Source of the DNA: Octopus vulgaris
Lineage: Eukaryota
Assembly (NCBI GenBank): GCA_951406725.2
Contig: OX597818.1
Location: 107,818,001-107,882,000 of the forward strand
DNA: 64,000 nt
Direction of reading: 5' to 3'
The translations under genes were made by a program, and so were the position numbers. The notes beneath the pieces were generated by a model. It was not told where the DNA came from and made no database searches. It was given only the letters and a program-made list of their open reading frames with translations. Of this stretch, positions 25,808 to 38,900 are shown piece by piece. Within the stretch, counting starts at the first letter, position 1; each line of letters begins with the position of its first letter.

Positions 25808-26609
25808 AGGAATGAGCACTAGGTGGATTTCTAATATACTAAAGGTAGACCCCATATGGTCTAACTACAGACAGACAGATAGATAGATTAACAGAAAGAC
25901 AGACAGAATCTCGGAGTGAAGGAGACCAGAAGTTTAACTAATACAACATGTAACATATCACTTTCCTTCTTACTAAATCACTGAAGAAAGGAAGTCTTGG
26001 TGCGTCTGTACAATGCAGTGCAATATGTGGACATTTAATAATACAATCATTAGTATTGTGAAAGAGTTAAATCTTCAGGCAACATACATGTGCCAATAGC
26101 AGCAGCGACGGTGGTGGTGGTGGTGGTGGTGGTGGTGGTGGTGGTGGTGGTGGTGGTGGTGGAGTAAAGTCAGTAATTAGTAATTAAGGAAGCTGTGAGT
26201 ATAAATAGAAGACAGCTATTGTCAATGGCCAGACACTAACTTATTGATGCTTCCTTTCATTACGTGTATGTGTTTGTTCAATGATTCAGTGGACCCGCCT
26301 GGACAACACACTCACACAAAGATAATAGAAGATAGACGTGTGTCTGAATGTGTCTGAGTGTGTGTGTGTGTATATAAATATATATAACATAGGCTTGTAT
26401 GTATACATATATATGTTGTGTGGGTGTGTGTATGCATGTATATATTAAAATACATACATACATTCATATATATATTATAAAGATTCAGATAAACAGTGAA
26501 GTATGGGGAATAATAGGTAAAAAGGTAGAAAAATATATATATATATATACATATATACATACATATATATACATATATATATATATATATGTAAATATAT
26601 ATATATGTA

Positions 26610-26653
<44 letters not shown>

Positions 26654-27337
26654 TATATGTATATGCAGACAGAAAAACATTGAGAGAGATACACAGACAC
26701 ATACATGCACATACTCCTATACATACATGTAAGCTAACCCACACAGATGCACATAGATATTATACATAAATTCATACATAAATATATGCGTTTGTGTTTG
26801 TGTGTGTCAAAGCAAACACCTTCGACGGTCTCATTTGATTATATTGATCCCAGCACTTTGTTTTTTAAGTCAATTTTGAAAAGATGAAAGGCAAAGTTGA
26901 CCTGGGTGTAAATGGACGCAACCTAGATTTAACCCGACAATGCAAGATATATTTCTTTGACACACCAAATTTGCCACCCACTGTTCACACACACACACAC
27001 ACACACACACACGTCTGATATATTTGTCTGACTGACTCATTCTCAGTTTCTATCAACCATCTTTGGCTCTCAAGGTTTTGAATCAACCCAAAACTAAACT
27101 AGAAGACAATTTACTGCTTGACCCAAGGAACAAGCAGTAAATTTATCTCAGAACACAGTTTCTAAATTTATTCATTCAATCTAACCAGGTATTTACAACT
27201 CATTGCCATGGATACTAGTTACTAATGAAAATCTGTTACAGAACAACATTTTCTATTTAAGCGCCATTTGAAAATTATATTGTTCAGCCTGATCAGACGC
27301 TTACAATTCTTCACAAAGGACACCGGACATTGTTTAA

Positions 27338-27527
27338 CCCTTTAGTATTTAAACTGACCATATCCAGCCCAAATAGGACAACCTGTTTTGTGTTCAAACA
27401 AACCTGATCCTGCCTCTCACACTTACCCTACAATGTCACTCTAAAAGAACTACTCAGGTCATTGAAATCTCAAAATAATGTGAATAAATAAACATCTCAC
27501 CTGACAGAGTAATTTGAATGCTAAGGG
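27338..27527. mobile_element. piggyBac-type MITE (second family)
   Basis: TTAA|CCCTTTAG...CTAAGGG|TTAA; an inverted relative lies at 47510-47833. Confidence 0.75.
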
Positions 27528-27699
27528 TTAATAACTGCTATTTGAATAAAACACTTCTGTTAGTATCCATTTGGCGATTGCCACCATCAGCACGAAAATT
27601 GAAGTTATGGAACATCAGTGGTTTTTGAATACTTTATATAAATCAACATTCGTCTATTAACATATTAGATAAACAACCTTCCCCTTCACACAACCTTAC

Positions 27700-28190
27700 T
27701 AAATCCCAATTCTTGATGCTGCAATGGAAACCTCATCTAACTTCCTTCAGTCAAAGGGAAAGAATTCTGCATTTTAGACAACCCCACCGACAACAAACTT
27801 GCTGTTGAACACCTCACTGACACCACTCTATATGAAACGGTTTACAACATCAGACCTCACCAACTGGAATCCACCATCAACACCTGCTGGACCAACATCT
27901 GTCACCTAAGGAGTCTCTCTAAGAAGACTAGGCTGAACTACACATCTAAAAACATCACCCTTCCATCCTTCTACCATTTAATAGAATCCCACAAACCTGG
28001 ACCTAAGCTTAAAATCAGAGCCATACTATCAGGAATTAACGGTCCTTTCTATAAGATTTTTGGCTCCTCTCTAAACTCCTCAGGCCCTTACAACACGCAT
28101 ACGCCGGACACATCAGCAGCTCCCACAAAATCTTCACAAGACTCAAAGATATCGCCCCCTCCGTACTTATAACTAACAAATAACTCTGTA
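27700..28190 (+). mobile_element. Penelope-like RT N-terminal fragment
   Basis: EFCILD...HLTDTTLY...LPSFYHLIESHKPG..KIRAILSGINGP...WLLSKLLRPL matches the PLE RT P.FY.L.K.HK..RPI.S pattern. Confidence 0.8.
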
Positions 28191-28699
28191 CCTGCTCTCT
28201 CGATCATTGATATCCTTGTAGACCACATCACGGCCTTATCTTGCCCCCACTTCTCCTCGCTCGCCCCACCACCTCGCTCTTCATCTCTCCCTCTCTCCCC
28301 TAGTGGTAATAATTGTTGGTCGAGTTAGCAGTAGAATTTAATCTGTTATGTTTTCTGTTGGCCGATGTGAGGAATATTGCCACCAATGTTGCCAGAAGGA
28401 GTGGAATAGTAGTAGTAGTAGTAGTAGTTGTTGTTGTTGTTGCTGTTGTTGATGTAGTTCAATGGAAATCCGGGACCGCATGGTGTTGGTTCTTAATCCA
28501 TTGGAATTTTCTTATAAGGCATTCCATCTCATGAGATAGTTTATTGTGACAGCATTGGTTTATCATGTCGTGTACGTGTGGTAAAGAGGTGCCAGGATTA
28601 TCAGTTTGTCGTGCTTAGCTTCGTTTTTAGATTAGTGACATTAAGAATGTGTTGAGGGAGCCTTCCGTGGAGGTGCTTGAATATTTTCTTAGTAATGTA

Positions 28700-28862
28700 T
28701 TTATGCCATTCATGTATCTTCTTCTCCGGGTACATTGATGACATCCTTATCATCACGTCCTCCAGGGATGAGGCCATTAACATACACCGGACCTTCAAAA
28801 ATACCGATATAAGCATCAAATTCGAGACTGAACATCCAGTCGAATCTGGGACCTTCTCTCAG
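28700..28862 (+). mobile_element. Penelope-like RT fragment with YIDD catalytic motif
   Basis: FFSGYIDDILII...F...ISIKFETEHP. Confidence 0.8.
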
Positions 28863-29126
28863 AGAAGCAGCATTAATGGCTTTCCCAGGCCAGTGAAATT
28901 TTTGCAGATGTTTGATCATAGAAGCCATTTGCAATTGAAGTCCATGTCAACTTGGCTAACAAAACTCTATAACCACCGGCCTTCCACACATGGCCTTCCA
29001 TCTTTCCTGGGCACTTAGGAACTGTCTATTCTTTTCTAAGACAATAGAGTCTGATTTGAGGGATATTTGGTTGCTATTTCTGGCAAAGAGTATGACCAGT
29101 TACTGCCTCCCTCTGGGTGTACTTAC

Positions 29127-29710
29127 TACATGATTGGTAGTGGCAATTGATGTTTGATGTGGAGTGGTTGTAGCAATGCTGCTGCTGCTGCTGCTGATGA
29201 TGATGATGATAGTGCTACTACTACTGATGCTGCTGCTGCCGGTGGTGTTGCTGGTGTTACTGTTGCTGCTGGTGCTGCTGCTGCTGCTACATGTGATGTG
29301 ATTAATGATGGAGAATTGGTTGAGGAAATGATTTTGATAAAGTCAGGGATGGGTGGGGAAGTCACAGGGGGAGGAGTGGATAATGATGATGATGATGATG
29401 ATGATGTTGATGATGTTATGATGATGATGTTATGATGACAAGATGATGACAACAACAACAACAATGGCAGTGGTGAAGGTGGCAGTTGCTGTGATGATGA
29501 TACAAACAACCCCACAACCAAGATAAAAAATGATGTCAGCAGCTGCAATGTTGTTGTTGTTCTTGGTGGTGGTGGTGGTGGTGGCAGCGGCGGTAGTGGT
29601 GGTAGTGGTGGTGGTGGTGATAATGATGATGGACTCCAAGGTGTTGTTGATGTTGTTATATGAAACTGACATTGTCCCCCCCCCTCGCCCCCCCGCCCAC
29701 CTGGCCCCAA
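29127..29710 (-). other. Candidate exon of a host transcript (trinucleotide-rich, ends at a consensus donor)
   Basis: 194-codon open frame with a hydrophobic segment (LLTSFFILVVGLFVSS) ends ATG TA|GTAAGT (plus acttac 29121-29126); no in-frame upstream ATG. Confidence 0.3.
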
Positions 29711-30350
29711 AATGTTCCTTTTGTTTTTTTTTTTACTTTAGTCTATTTGAAGACTAAACTATATTATTCAGTCTATTTATTTGTCCCCTTCTTAAAATCG
29801 AAGGGGTGAACTTTGACGGGGTTTGGATGATAATTCCATCAGGGGTCAGTGGAACTGCTGGGAGCCACTCTCTCTCCAGAGACAAAGCGGTCAATCAAGG
29901 CGGATGGAGGCAGTGGCGGAGTGTCTGACAAAAGTGGTGGTCATGGTGGGGTTGGGGGTGGTGAGATTGATAGTGTTACTGATTAAAGTTTGTGACTTAA
30001 TAGAGGTAGCAACAATAAGGTTCACAAAACAAACATAGTAATTATGATGTTTGTGGTGGTGGTGATGATGATGATGATGATGAAGATGATGATGGTGATG
30101 GTGGTGGTGGTGGTGCTGAACAAATTAAACCATTTATCAAAATGAGTATGAGAAAAGGTGAAAGGATCTGATGGCATTAATGAAACTATGATGATGACAA
30201 ACAGGGAGGTGACGGTAAATGATACAATTGTCCTGGATGAAGATGAAGATGATGATGATGTTTGTGGTGGTGGTGGTGGTGGTGGTAGTGGTGATGATAA
30301 TGATGATGCTGATGATGATGATATATATGTATGTATGTATGTATATATAT

Positions 30351-30752
30351 AGGCGCAGGAGTGGCTGTGTGGTAAGTAGCTTGTTTACCAACCACATGGT
30401 TCCGGGTTCAGTCCCACTGCGTGGCACCTTGGGCAAGTATCTTCTACTATAGCCTCGGGCCGACCAAAGCCTTGTGAGTGGATTCGGTTGACGGAAACTG
30501 AAAGAAGCCCATCATATATATGTATATATATATATATATATGTATGCGTGTGTGTATTTGTGTGTCTGTGTTTGTCCCCCTAGCATTGGGGGATGCTCGT
30601 GTGTTTATGTCCCCGTTACTTAGCGGTTCGGCAAAAGAGACCGATAGAATAAGTACTGGGCTTACAAAAGAATAAGTCCTGGGGTCGAGTTGCTCGATTA
30701 AAGGCGGTGCTCCAGCATGGCCGCAGTCAAATGACTGAAACGAGTAAAAGAG
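30351..30752 (+). mobile_element. SINE family A, young full-length copy
   Basis: tRNA-like head ggcgcaggagtggctgtgtggtaag...ggttcagtccc, central (TA/TG)n, tail gtaaaagagta; CpGs retained. Confidence 0.92.
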
Positions 30753-30761
30753 TATATATAT

Positions 30762-30924
30762 AGGTGTAGACGTGGCTGTGTTGTAAAAAGCTTGCTACTG
30801 AACCCCATGGTTCCAGGTTCAGTCACAGTGTGTGGTACTCTGTATTCTACTCTAGCCTTCGGCTAACCAAAGCCTTATGAGTGCATTTGATAGAAGGAAA
30901 CTGAAAGTAGCCCACCATATGGGT

Positions 30925-31003
<79 letters not shown>

Positions 31004-32040
31004 TGTATGTATGTATTTATGTATGTATGTATGTAAGTATGTATGTATGTATGTATGTACAGGATGTATGTACAGTATGTATGTATGCATGTACGTATGT
31101 ATGTAAGTATGTATGTATGTATGAATGTATGTATGTATATATGCATGCGTGTATGTATGTATGTATGTATGAATGTATGTATGTATGAATGTATGTATGT
31201 AAGTATGTATGTATGTATGTATGTATGTATGTACAGTATGTATGTACAGTATGTATGTATGCATGTATGTATGTAAGTATGTATGTACAGTATGTATGTA
31301 TGTATGTATGTATGTATGTATCTATGAATGTATGTATGTATGTATGTATGTATGTATGTATGTATGTACAGTATGTATGTACAGTATGTATGTACAGTAT
31401 GTATGTATGTATGTATGCATGTATGTATGTAAGTATGTATGTATGTATGTATGAATGTATGTATGTATGTATGTATGTAAGTATGTATGTATGTATGTAT
31501 GTATGTATGTATGTATGTATATATGCATGTATGTATGTATGTATGTATGTATGTATGTATGTATGTATGTATGTATGTATGTATGTATGTATGTATGTAT
31601 GTATGTATGTATGTATGTATGTGTATGTATGTATGTATGTATGTATGTATGTATGTATGCTTGTATATATGTATGTATATATGCATGCATGTATGTATGT
31701 ATGTATGTGTATGTATGTATGTATGTATGTATGTATGCCTGTATATATGTATGTATGTATATATGCATGCATGTATGTATGTATGTATGTATGTATGTGT
31801 ATGTATGTATGTATGTATGTATGTGTGTGTGGGGGGTGTATATGGCTGTGTTTGTTTCCCACTAGTGTTTTACAACCGGTGTTGGTGTGATTACATCCCT
31901 GTAACTTAACAGTTCAGCAAAAGAGAGAGATAAAATTTTTGCTTAAATACTGATGGTGTCAGTTCCTTCATTTGGCTAAAGTTTTTAACAGTGGTACCCC
32001 AGCATGGCCGCCACAGCAAGATGACTGAAACAAGCAGAAG
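30762..32040 (+). mobile_element. SINE family A with massively expanded internal (TATG)n
   Basis: 5' half 30762-30918 and 3' half 31845-32040. Confidence 0.75.
30976..31825. repeat. (TATG)n satellite, ~850 bp, with variant units
   Basis: Read directly; source of the HTYI/MYVC ORFs. Confidence 0.98.
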
Positions 32041-32062
32041 ACAGACAAACAAGAACATATAT

Positions 32063-32102
<40 letters not shown>

Positions 32103-32187
32103 AGGTGTGTACGAGTAACGCACAGCCATTAGCACTGAGTCTGCTACTCAGAAGCGATCATCACCGGAGAGTGAAATAAAGAATATC

Positions 32188-32222
<35 letters not shown>

Positions 32223-32863
32223 GCCATAGACAAGTCAGCCTGACAAGTTAGGACGCAAAGTTAATAAGCTCCCAGGGGCAATTTATTGGCACGAGTTGTT
32301 AGGTGTCTTTTTTCTCTTCATTTTGCATCCTCTATTTCATAAATGTCAATATGAATAATGGTCTCCTCTATCTCCTTATCTATTATTTTCTCCATCTTTT
32401 CCTTCACTCTCTCTTTCTCTTTTTTCTCTTTTTCTCCTTTGTTGCTGTCTCCTTTTTCCCCTCTTTTCTTTCCTCCTCCTCCTCCTACTGCTCCGTTCTT
32501 CCCCATTCATTTTCTTACCCTCCACCACCAACACCATCAGCTCCCCATCTCTCTTTCTCATTGCTAATCATCATTTATTTATAACGAAACTAGAATAATT
32601 ACATTTTAATCATTAACAAAAAACAAATTGAGAGGAAATGTGGAATAAGTGTAATCAGTATATATCTTTGTGTGCGTGTGTGTCTTTGCGTGTGTGTATG
32701 TGTATACACACACATACAGAACTATATATATAAATATATATACACATGGGTAAGTGTGTGCATGTGTATGCATGCATTATGGATATGTGACTGTATATAT
32801 ATAAATATGTGTGTGTGTGTGTGTGTGTAAATCTATATGTATATATATATTTGTGTGTGTATG

Positions 32864-32916
<53 letters not shown>

Positions 32917-33457
32917 TGCATATATAATTATATATACATATATATGTGTGTGTGTGTGTGTGTGTATGTGTGTGTGTGTGAGTGTGTGTGTGTATATACA
33001 CATACATATATACACACACAGAGAACAGATGTTAAAGGATGGCAACAATGATGATATCAATGATGATGATGATCTAGATATAAACACACACACACTCACA
33101 CACACACACAGTCAAAGCTGCTTATTGTCATCAGTTGAGATGAAGCCTTTTTGATAATAATAACCTGCTGATAACATTAAACAGGAAATACAAGAGTACC
33201 TGGAACTTTCCATTCTTATGTAAATACTTTCCAATTCATTTTGAAGAAACTCGCTCCCACTAATTTTGATAACAATAACCATCTGATAACATTATGCCAA
33301 TGAATAACCACAAGCAAGCTATTTCTGCACACTCTCTGGTCGAACTTAGGGCCTCAGAACTTCCCCTGCCAGTAGTAATAAAAAGTGCTGGTACCTCTAT
33401 TCCACCAGCACAACTGACTCTCCATGACCGTCACTATGTACATACTCGGCTTATATA

Positions 33458-33763
33458 CAGTGGTGGACTGGCCAGGTTGCCAGCTTGCCCGATGACAAGT
33501 GGGCCCCTGCACCATCAGAATCCATATATGGGGGATATATAATCCATATATGTTAGTATCTAAGGGCCCATCCCCTCAAGTTTGAGAATTTTTTATTCAC
33601 TTCTGGAAGAATGCATTCATTATTTTAGCCTGGCTGTGTTTGTAGACAGTTGAAAAGAATACTTTTAGCAAAAAAAAAAAAAAATTAAATGATAACATTG
33701 TAGTTGTGGGTGGGCCCCCTTAGTCTCCTGGCAACCAATATTTTTGGACCCAGTCCGCCACTG
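33458..33763. mobile_element. hAT-type MITE
   Basis: TIRs cagtggtggactgg / ccagtccgccactg; 8-bp TSD CTTATATA at 33450-57 and 33764-71. Confidence 0.9.
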
Positions 33764-33985
33764 CTTATATAGATAACAGGCCTTTGTTTTGCATTTTGGT
33801 TTCCTTATGTAATGCATCAACAGTGATGGTCGTGTCGAAGTTTACTTTAAATGTCTGGTAACAATGTCTTGCACTTTGATGCGACTAAACCAATAATTAT
33901 TGAGAGCTAAGTGAGGACCCTCTAATTTTGCTAACAATAAGTGTTGGATAATATCATTCCGGATTATAATAAGTGGCTTCCACTG

Positions 33986-34034
<49 letters not shown>

Positions 34035-34036
34035 GT

Positions 34037-34357
34037 ATCATCGTGATCACCGTGATCACTGTGACCAACCAGGCTATCAGATGTTGCTACACATCGCTGG
34101 TCACAATGCGCTTCGCATTGTTTGAGCCTTCAAATGACGCCACCCTGCTGGCTAAGTGAGCAGGCCAATGGAAGAAAGAGTGAGGGAAAGTTGTGGCGAA
34201 AGAGTACAGCAGGGATCGCCACTCCCCACTGCCGGAGCCTCGTGGAGCTTTAGGTGTTTTCACTCAATAAACACTCACAACACCCGTTCTTTGAATTGAA
34301 ACCACGATCCTACGACCGTGAGTACTGCTGCCCTAACCACTGGACCATTACGCCTCC
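34037..34357 (-). mobile_element. tRNA-derived SINE (family E)
   Basis: Minus-strand head ggaggcgtaatggtccagtggttagggc...gtttcaattc; tail of gtgatcac repeats; inserted in (TA)n. Confidence 0.75.
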
Positions 34358-35646
34358 ATATATATATATATTTACTATTTATCTTATATTAAACTTTTTA
34401 ATACTTTTTGATAGTTATATATATTTAATAAAAAAATAAATAAATAAATAAAAATTTAAAAAATTTTTTAAATTAAAAAATAAAAAAAAAATAATAATAA
34501 ATAATAAAAAAATTAAAATTAAAAAATTTATAAATATGAATTAATAATTTTAATTTTAAATTTAAATAATTTTAATTTTTGAATTTTATATTTTATATAT
34601 TTTGTATATTATATTAATTATTTTTATTTTTATGCTTTGGTTTTATGTTTTTCATTGTTTGATTTGCCTAATAGTGGTTTTATCTCTAATTTAATTTATA
34701 TATATGTAACTTTGTCTGTATCCTCCACCACTGCCTCCTCTTCATCATCACCATCATCATCATTATCATCATTATGGCTTTGGATAGTCAGGTCTTCACA
34801 GCCTGAGTTAGTTCTTAGAATTATGACAATTATAGTTTCGTTAGAAGACCTTGTCTCATCCATTGATGCTACTTTCGTCATGTGTTGACAATAAAACTGT
34901 TTTCTTTCTTTTATCATATTTACTATACACAATGTAGATTTAGGGGCTACGAAGAAGAGGACACAGGTGGTGGGGAGGGGGTGATTGGCCTTTATAGCAC
35001 TGATTGACATTATCATAAATAGATTTTAAAACAAGTGAGGTCAGGCTTTCATTAACTGACTCATATAAACATTGTCACATTAAAATTTAATATGATGACT
35101 TTCAGTTGTAAAATTTAAAAACATGAAAAATACCCACAAGAATTATTTTGGGTATTGATCAATTGTATTGATTCAATGTACATTAATTTTGCCTCCAGCA
35201 TCTTCTATTATGGCATTAAAGTCTGATAACAGTGTGAATTGTGTTCCACTGTAGTGAACAGCTAATCTGTTGGGATTGAGATCACAAGTTTACCAGTTAG
35301 AATTATTATTACGGATAAAAGTTTGGTATTTCTTTAGTTCTAACTCTGAAGAAGAAGGTTTTAATAGCACATCTCCTCTGGGTTGGGGGAATTTGTGAGA
35401 AGAGAGTGGCCATGTGTATTTTTCATCATTTGTCCTTTAAGACCTCAGCAATGAATGAAAATGAGAATGGAACAAAACAAGGCAGTTAACTTAGAGAATT
35501 AAGCGTTAATTCTTCTATTCCTGAGAAAGGAAAAAAAAAACACAACAAATACTGGAGACAAATTTAAAAAGGATGTTTATCAGGAATTTGTGTTAAATAT
35601 TGAAAGGTAATTAATATGCTATCATTGTATAATGATAGTGCGTTAA

Positions 35647-36118
35647 CACTTGATACCAACCCGGCCGAAACCACCTCTGGCTCCGTACTACAAATGTCTT
35701 GTTTTCATAAGTTCTGAATTAAAATCTTCCACCAAACCTTAGTCACAATTTATCTTACTAACACTAGCTTAATGATAACTAAGTTATATTACTGAATTCT
35801 TTGTTATATTTAAAATGAACTGAAAGAAACACAGAGGATCTTAACAGACATACAGTAACAAAAGGGTTAAAATATATAATAGAGAAACAATTCTTAACCT
35901 TTTTGATACCAACCCGGCTGAAACTGGCTCTGGCTCTGAGTACAAATGTCTTGTTTTCATAAGTTTTGGATTAAAATTTTCCACCAAACCTTAGTCACAA
36001 TCTATGTTCCTAACACTAGCTGAATGATAATTGAGTTATTTTATTAAATTCTTTGTTATATTTAAAATTAATTGAAAGAAACACAGAGCATCTCAACAGA
36101 AATATGGTAATGAAAGGG
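35647..36118 (+). mobile_element. Two adjacent piggyBac-type MITEs (35647-35866, 35898-36118)
   Basis: Each is flanked by TTAA with AAAGGG right ends; same family as 11636-11855. Confidence 0.85.
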
Positions 36119-36122
36119 TTAA

Positions 36123-36340
36123 AGGTGGCAAGCGGACAGAATTGTTAGCACACCAGGCAAATTGTTTAGTGGCATTTTGTCCATTTTCATGTTCTTAGTT
36201 CAAATTCTGCTGAGGTAAACTTTGCCTTTCATCCTTTTAGGTTGAATAACACAGGGGCCAATTGAGCACTGGGGTCAATGTAAGCAACTTAACCCCTTCC
36301 CTGAAGTTTCTAACCACTGTGCCAGAATTTGAAACTAATA
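36123..36340 (+). mobile_element. SINE family B
   Basis: ggtggcaagcggacagaa...gttcaaattc...tttgcctttcatcc. Confidence 0.8.
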
Positions 36341-36472
36341 AACTCTCATTGCTGATTTGTGAATTTTTCGCTTTCTCTGTTCCATGTCCTTACTCTTGTT
36401 TTTGTCAAATTTTTCCTGTTTTACCCAAGTCTGAAAAGAAAGTTCCTCTTCACCTCACTCTGGTTCACACAC

Positions 36473-36539
<67 letters not shown>

Positions 36540-37199
36540 TGTGTATGTGTGTGTGTTTGTGTGTGTTTGTTTGTGTATATGCATGTGCATGTGTTTGTGT
36601 GTTTGTGTGCGTGTTTGTGTTTGTCTTTATGTGTGCATGTGTGTGCGTGCATGCATATGTGTTTGTGCATGTGTGTGCATGCATGTGTGTGTGTGTGTTT
36701 GTGTGAGTGTGCAGAGACATCAAACAGAAATACCTTTTGGTTTCATTCTGCTTGTGTTGCACAGAAATCCCTGTGTGACATTCACTGTCAGAAACATTGG
36801 AACCGTACAAACAACAACGCTGAGATGCAAATTAAGGTTGTTGGTGACCAAGGCACAGTTTTCAGCAACAACAGTTTTGATACCAAATTATTCATTTTTG
36901 AGCAAAACTAACGAGTCATTGTATGTGTTTTTGAATGGCTAACATGTGTCTTTCACACAGCGGTCATTTAGGGTTCAACACATAATCACTTCTTGGTGTC
37001 AGAGCAAACCATTTGCCTGACAAGGAAACCTTCCTAAAAACACTCTTTTTTCTCAAAATGCTGGATACACACTAAATAAGAGTATAATCTATATATTTAT
37101 CTACTTTTATGTACACGTGTGTCTGCATCCGACCCATGCCAGCATGGAGAACAGACATTGAATGATGATGGTGGTGGTGGTGGTGGTGGTGGTGATGAT

Positions 37200-37580
37200 G
37201 ATCATCATCATCGTTTAATGTCCGCCTTCCATGCTAGCATAGGTTTGACGATTTTGACTGAGGGCTGGCAAACCAGATGGTTGCACCAGGTTCCAGTCTT
37301 GATCTGGCAGAGTTTCTACAGCTGCATGCCCTTCCTAATGCCAACCACTCCGAGAGTGTAGTGGATGCTTTTACATGCCACCAGCACGGACGCCAGTCAG
37401 GCAGTACTGGCAATGACCTCACTTGAATCTTTTTACACATGCTACAGGCACAGGTGCCAGTAAAGCGACATTGGTAACGATCACGCTTGAATGGTGCCCT
37501 TTTGCGTGCCACCGGCACAGAAGCCAGTTAGCCGCTCTGGTAACAATCATGCTCGAATGGTGCCTTTTATGTGCCTTTTA
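37200..37580 (-). mobile_element. Family C repeat, tail-to-tail with a short plus-strand tail at 37125-37170
   Basis: Conserved tail plus internal tandem units. Confidence 0.85.
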
Positions 37581-37964
37581 TGTTCACAAATATTCATCCA
37601 CATATGCTAATACACATACAAACTGTGACCTGCTACAATAAATCAGGCAGTTTGCCCTCAAATCACAAAGCCACACTTTAAACCCTTTTAGCTCTGTGAC
37701 CTTTTTGATTAGATAGCAAAAAAAAAAAAAAAGAAAAGAACTTGATGCTAATTATCAAAACCAAAAGAAGGGGCAGGTATTTTGAGGCCAATGCATCACC
37801 TGTGCCATCACTTGTGCCACAGACTACCTTCAGCTTTTCTTATCCAAAAAGGTTTGTCATCCTAGTATTTACTTGCTATTATCTATATAGCGTATGCGCT
37901 TCAAGAAACAATTCCATTTACATTGCTGAGTTTGATACATTGGTCTGGCAATGAGTGCTAAAAA

Positions 37965-38276
37965 GTAATAGTTTTCAACTGGGGTCCACGTGGCCTTTAG
38001 GGGTCCTTATAAGAGTTTGTTGCTAAAATTTGTGTGCAATAAATTGTTTATACTTCTTCAATACAAGTAAATATTTCAACAATTCTTTCTGTACACTTCC
38101 TAATAATATTTAAACATAAGGCACAGGAGTGGCTGTGTGGTAAGTAGCTTGCTTACCAACCACATGGTTCCGGGTTCAGTCCCACTGCATGGCACCTTGG
38201 GCAAGTGTCTTCTACTATAACTTCCGGCTGGCCAAAACCTTGAGAGTGGATTTGGTAGACGGAAGCTGACAGAAGC

Positions 38277-38319
<43 letters not shown>

Positions 38320-38900
38320 CAAATGGAGCAAAAACTCAATAGAGGACATTAAAACATTTGGACAGATAGATGATACAAAGGCAGACAAGAGAAACAACAA
38401 TTAGAAGGACAGGCAAAAAGAGACGAGTCATTCATGGCTGTCTTTCCTCAGTCAAGTTCCAGAAGTCACGAACATTTCAGACAGTTACACTTGAGACGGT
38501 TCAATCTGGTTGCCCCCCAAAAAGTTTAAGCTAATAGCATTAGACCCCTTTGTAAGAAAGCTAGCAAATGTGTGCAGCAGCAAAGCCAAAAAAGTAAACA
38601 AACAAAAAACGGGGAACATGGTACGTCCCCCTAACATCGCTTGACAACAGATGTTGGTGTGTTTATGTCCCCGTAACTTAGCAGTTTGGCAAAAGAGACC
38701 GATAGAATAAGTAACAAGGCTTACAAAGAATAACCTCTGGGGTCAATTTGCTCAACTAAAGGTGGTGTTCCAGCATGGCCACAGTCAAATGACTGAAACA
38801 AATAAAATAATAATAATATAAAAGGGTTTTTTAAACATCAAATGTTTGTGGGGTCCACAAGGGGTCCCTATGTAAAAATAAAAGGGCTGAGAATAACAGC
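37965..38900. mobile_element. Nested structure: old MITE interrupted by SINE A (38119-38805), itself interrupted by an insert (~38318-38622)
   Basis: Flanks match the reverse complement of 50495-50760; SINE halves are colinear with the consensus. Confidence 0.7.

Noticed and set aside
30847-31909. Long ORFs up to 281 aa (HTYI/MYVC), and similar [12 protein letters not shown] and poly-I/L/Y ORFs throughout
   Set aside because: Translations of stop-free microsatellites, not genes
34696-35016. 106-aa ORF with acidic tail
   Set aside because: The acidic run is a (GAT)n repeat; no homology recognised
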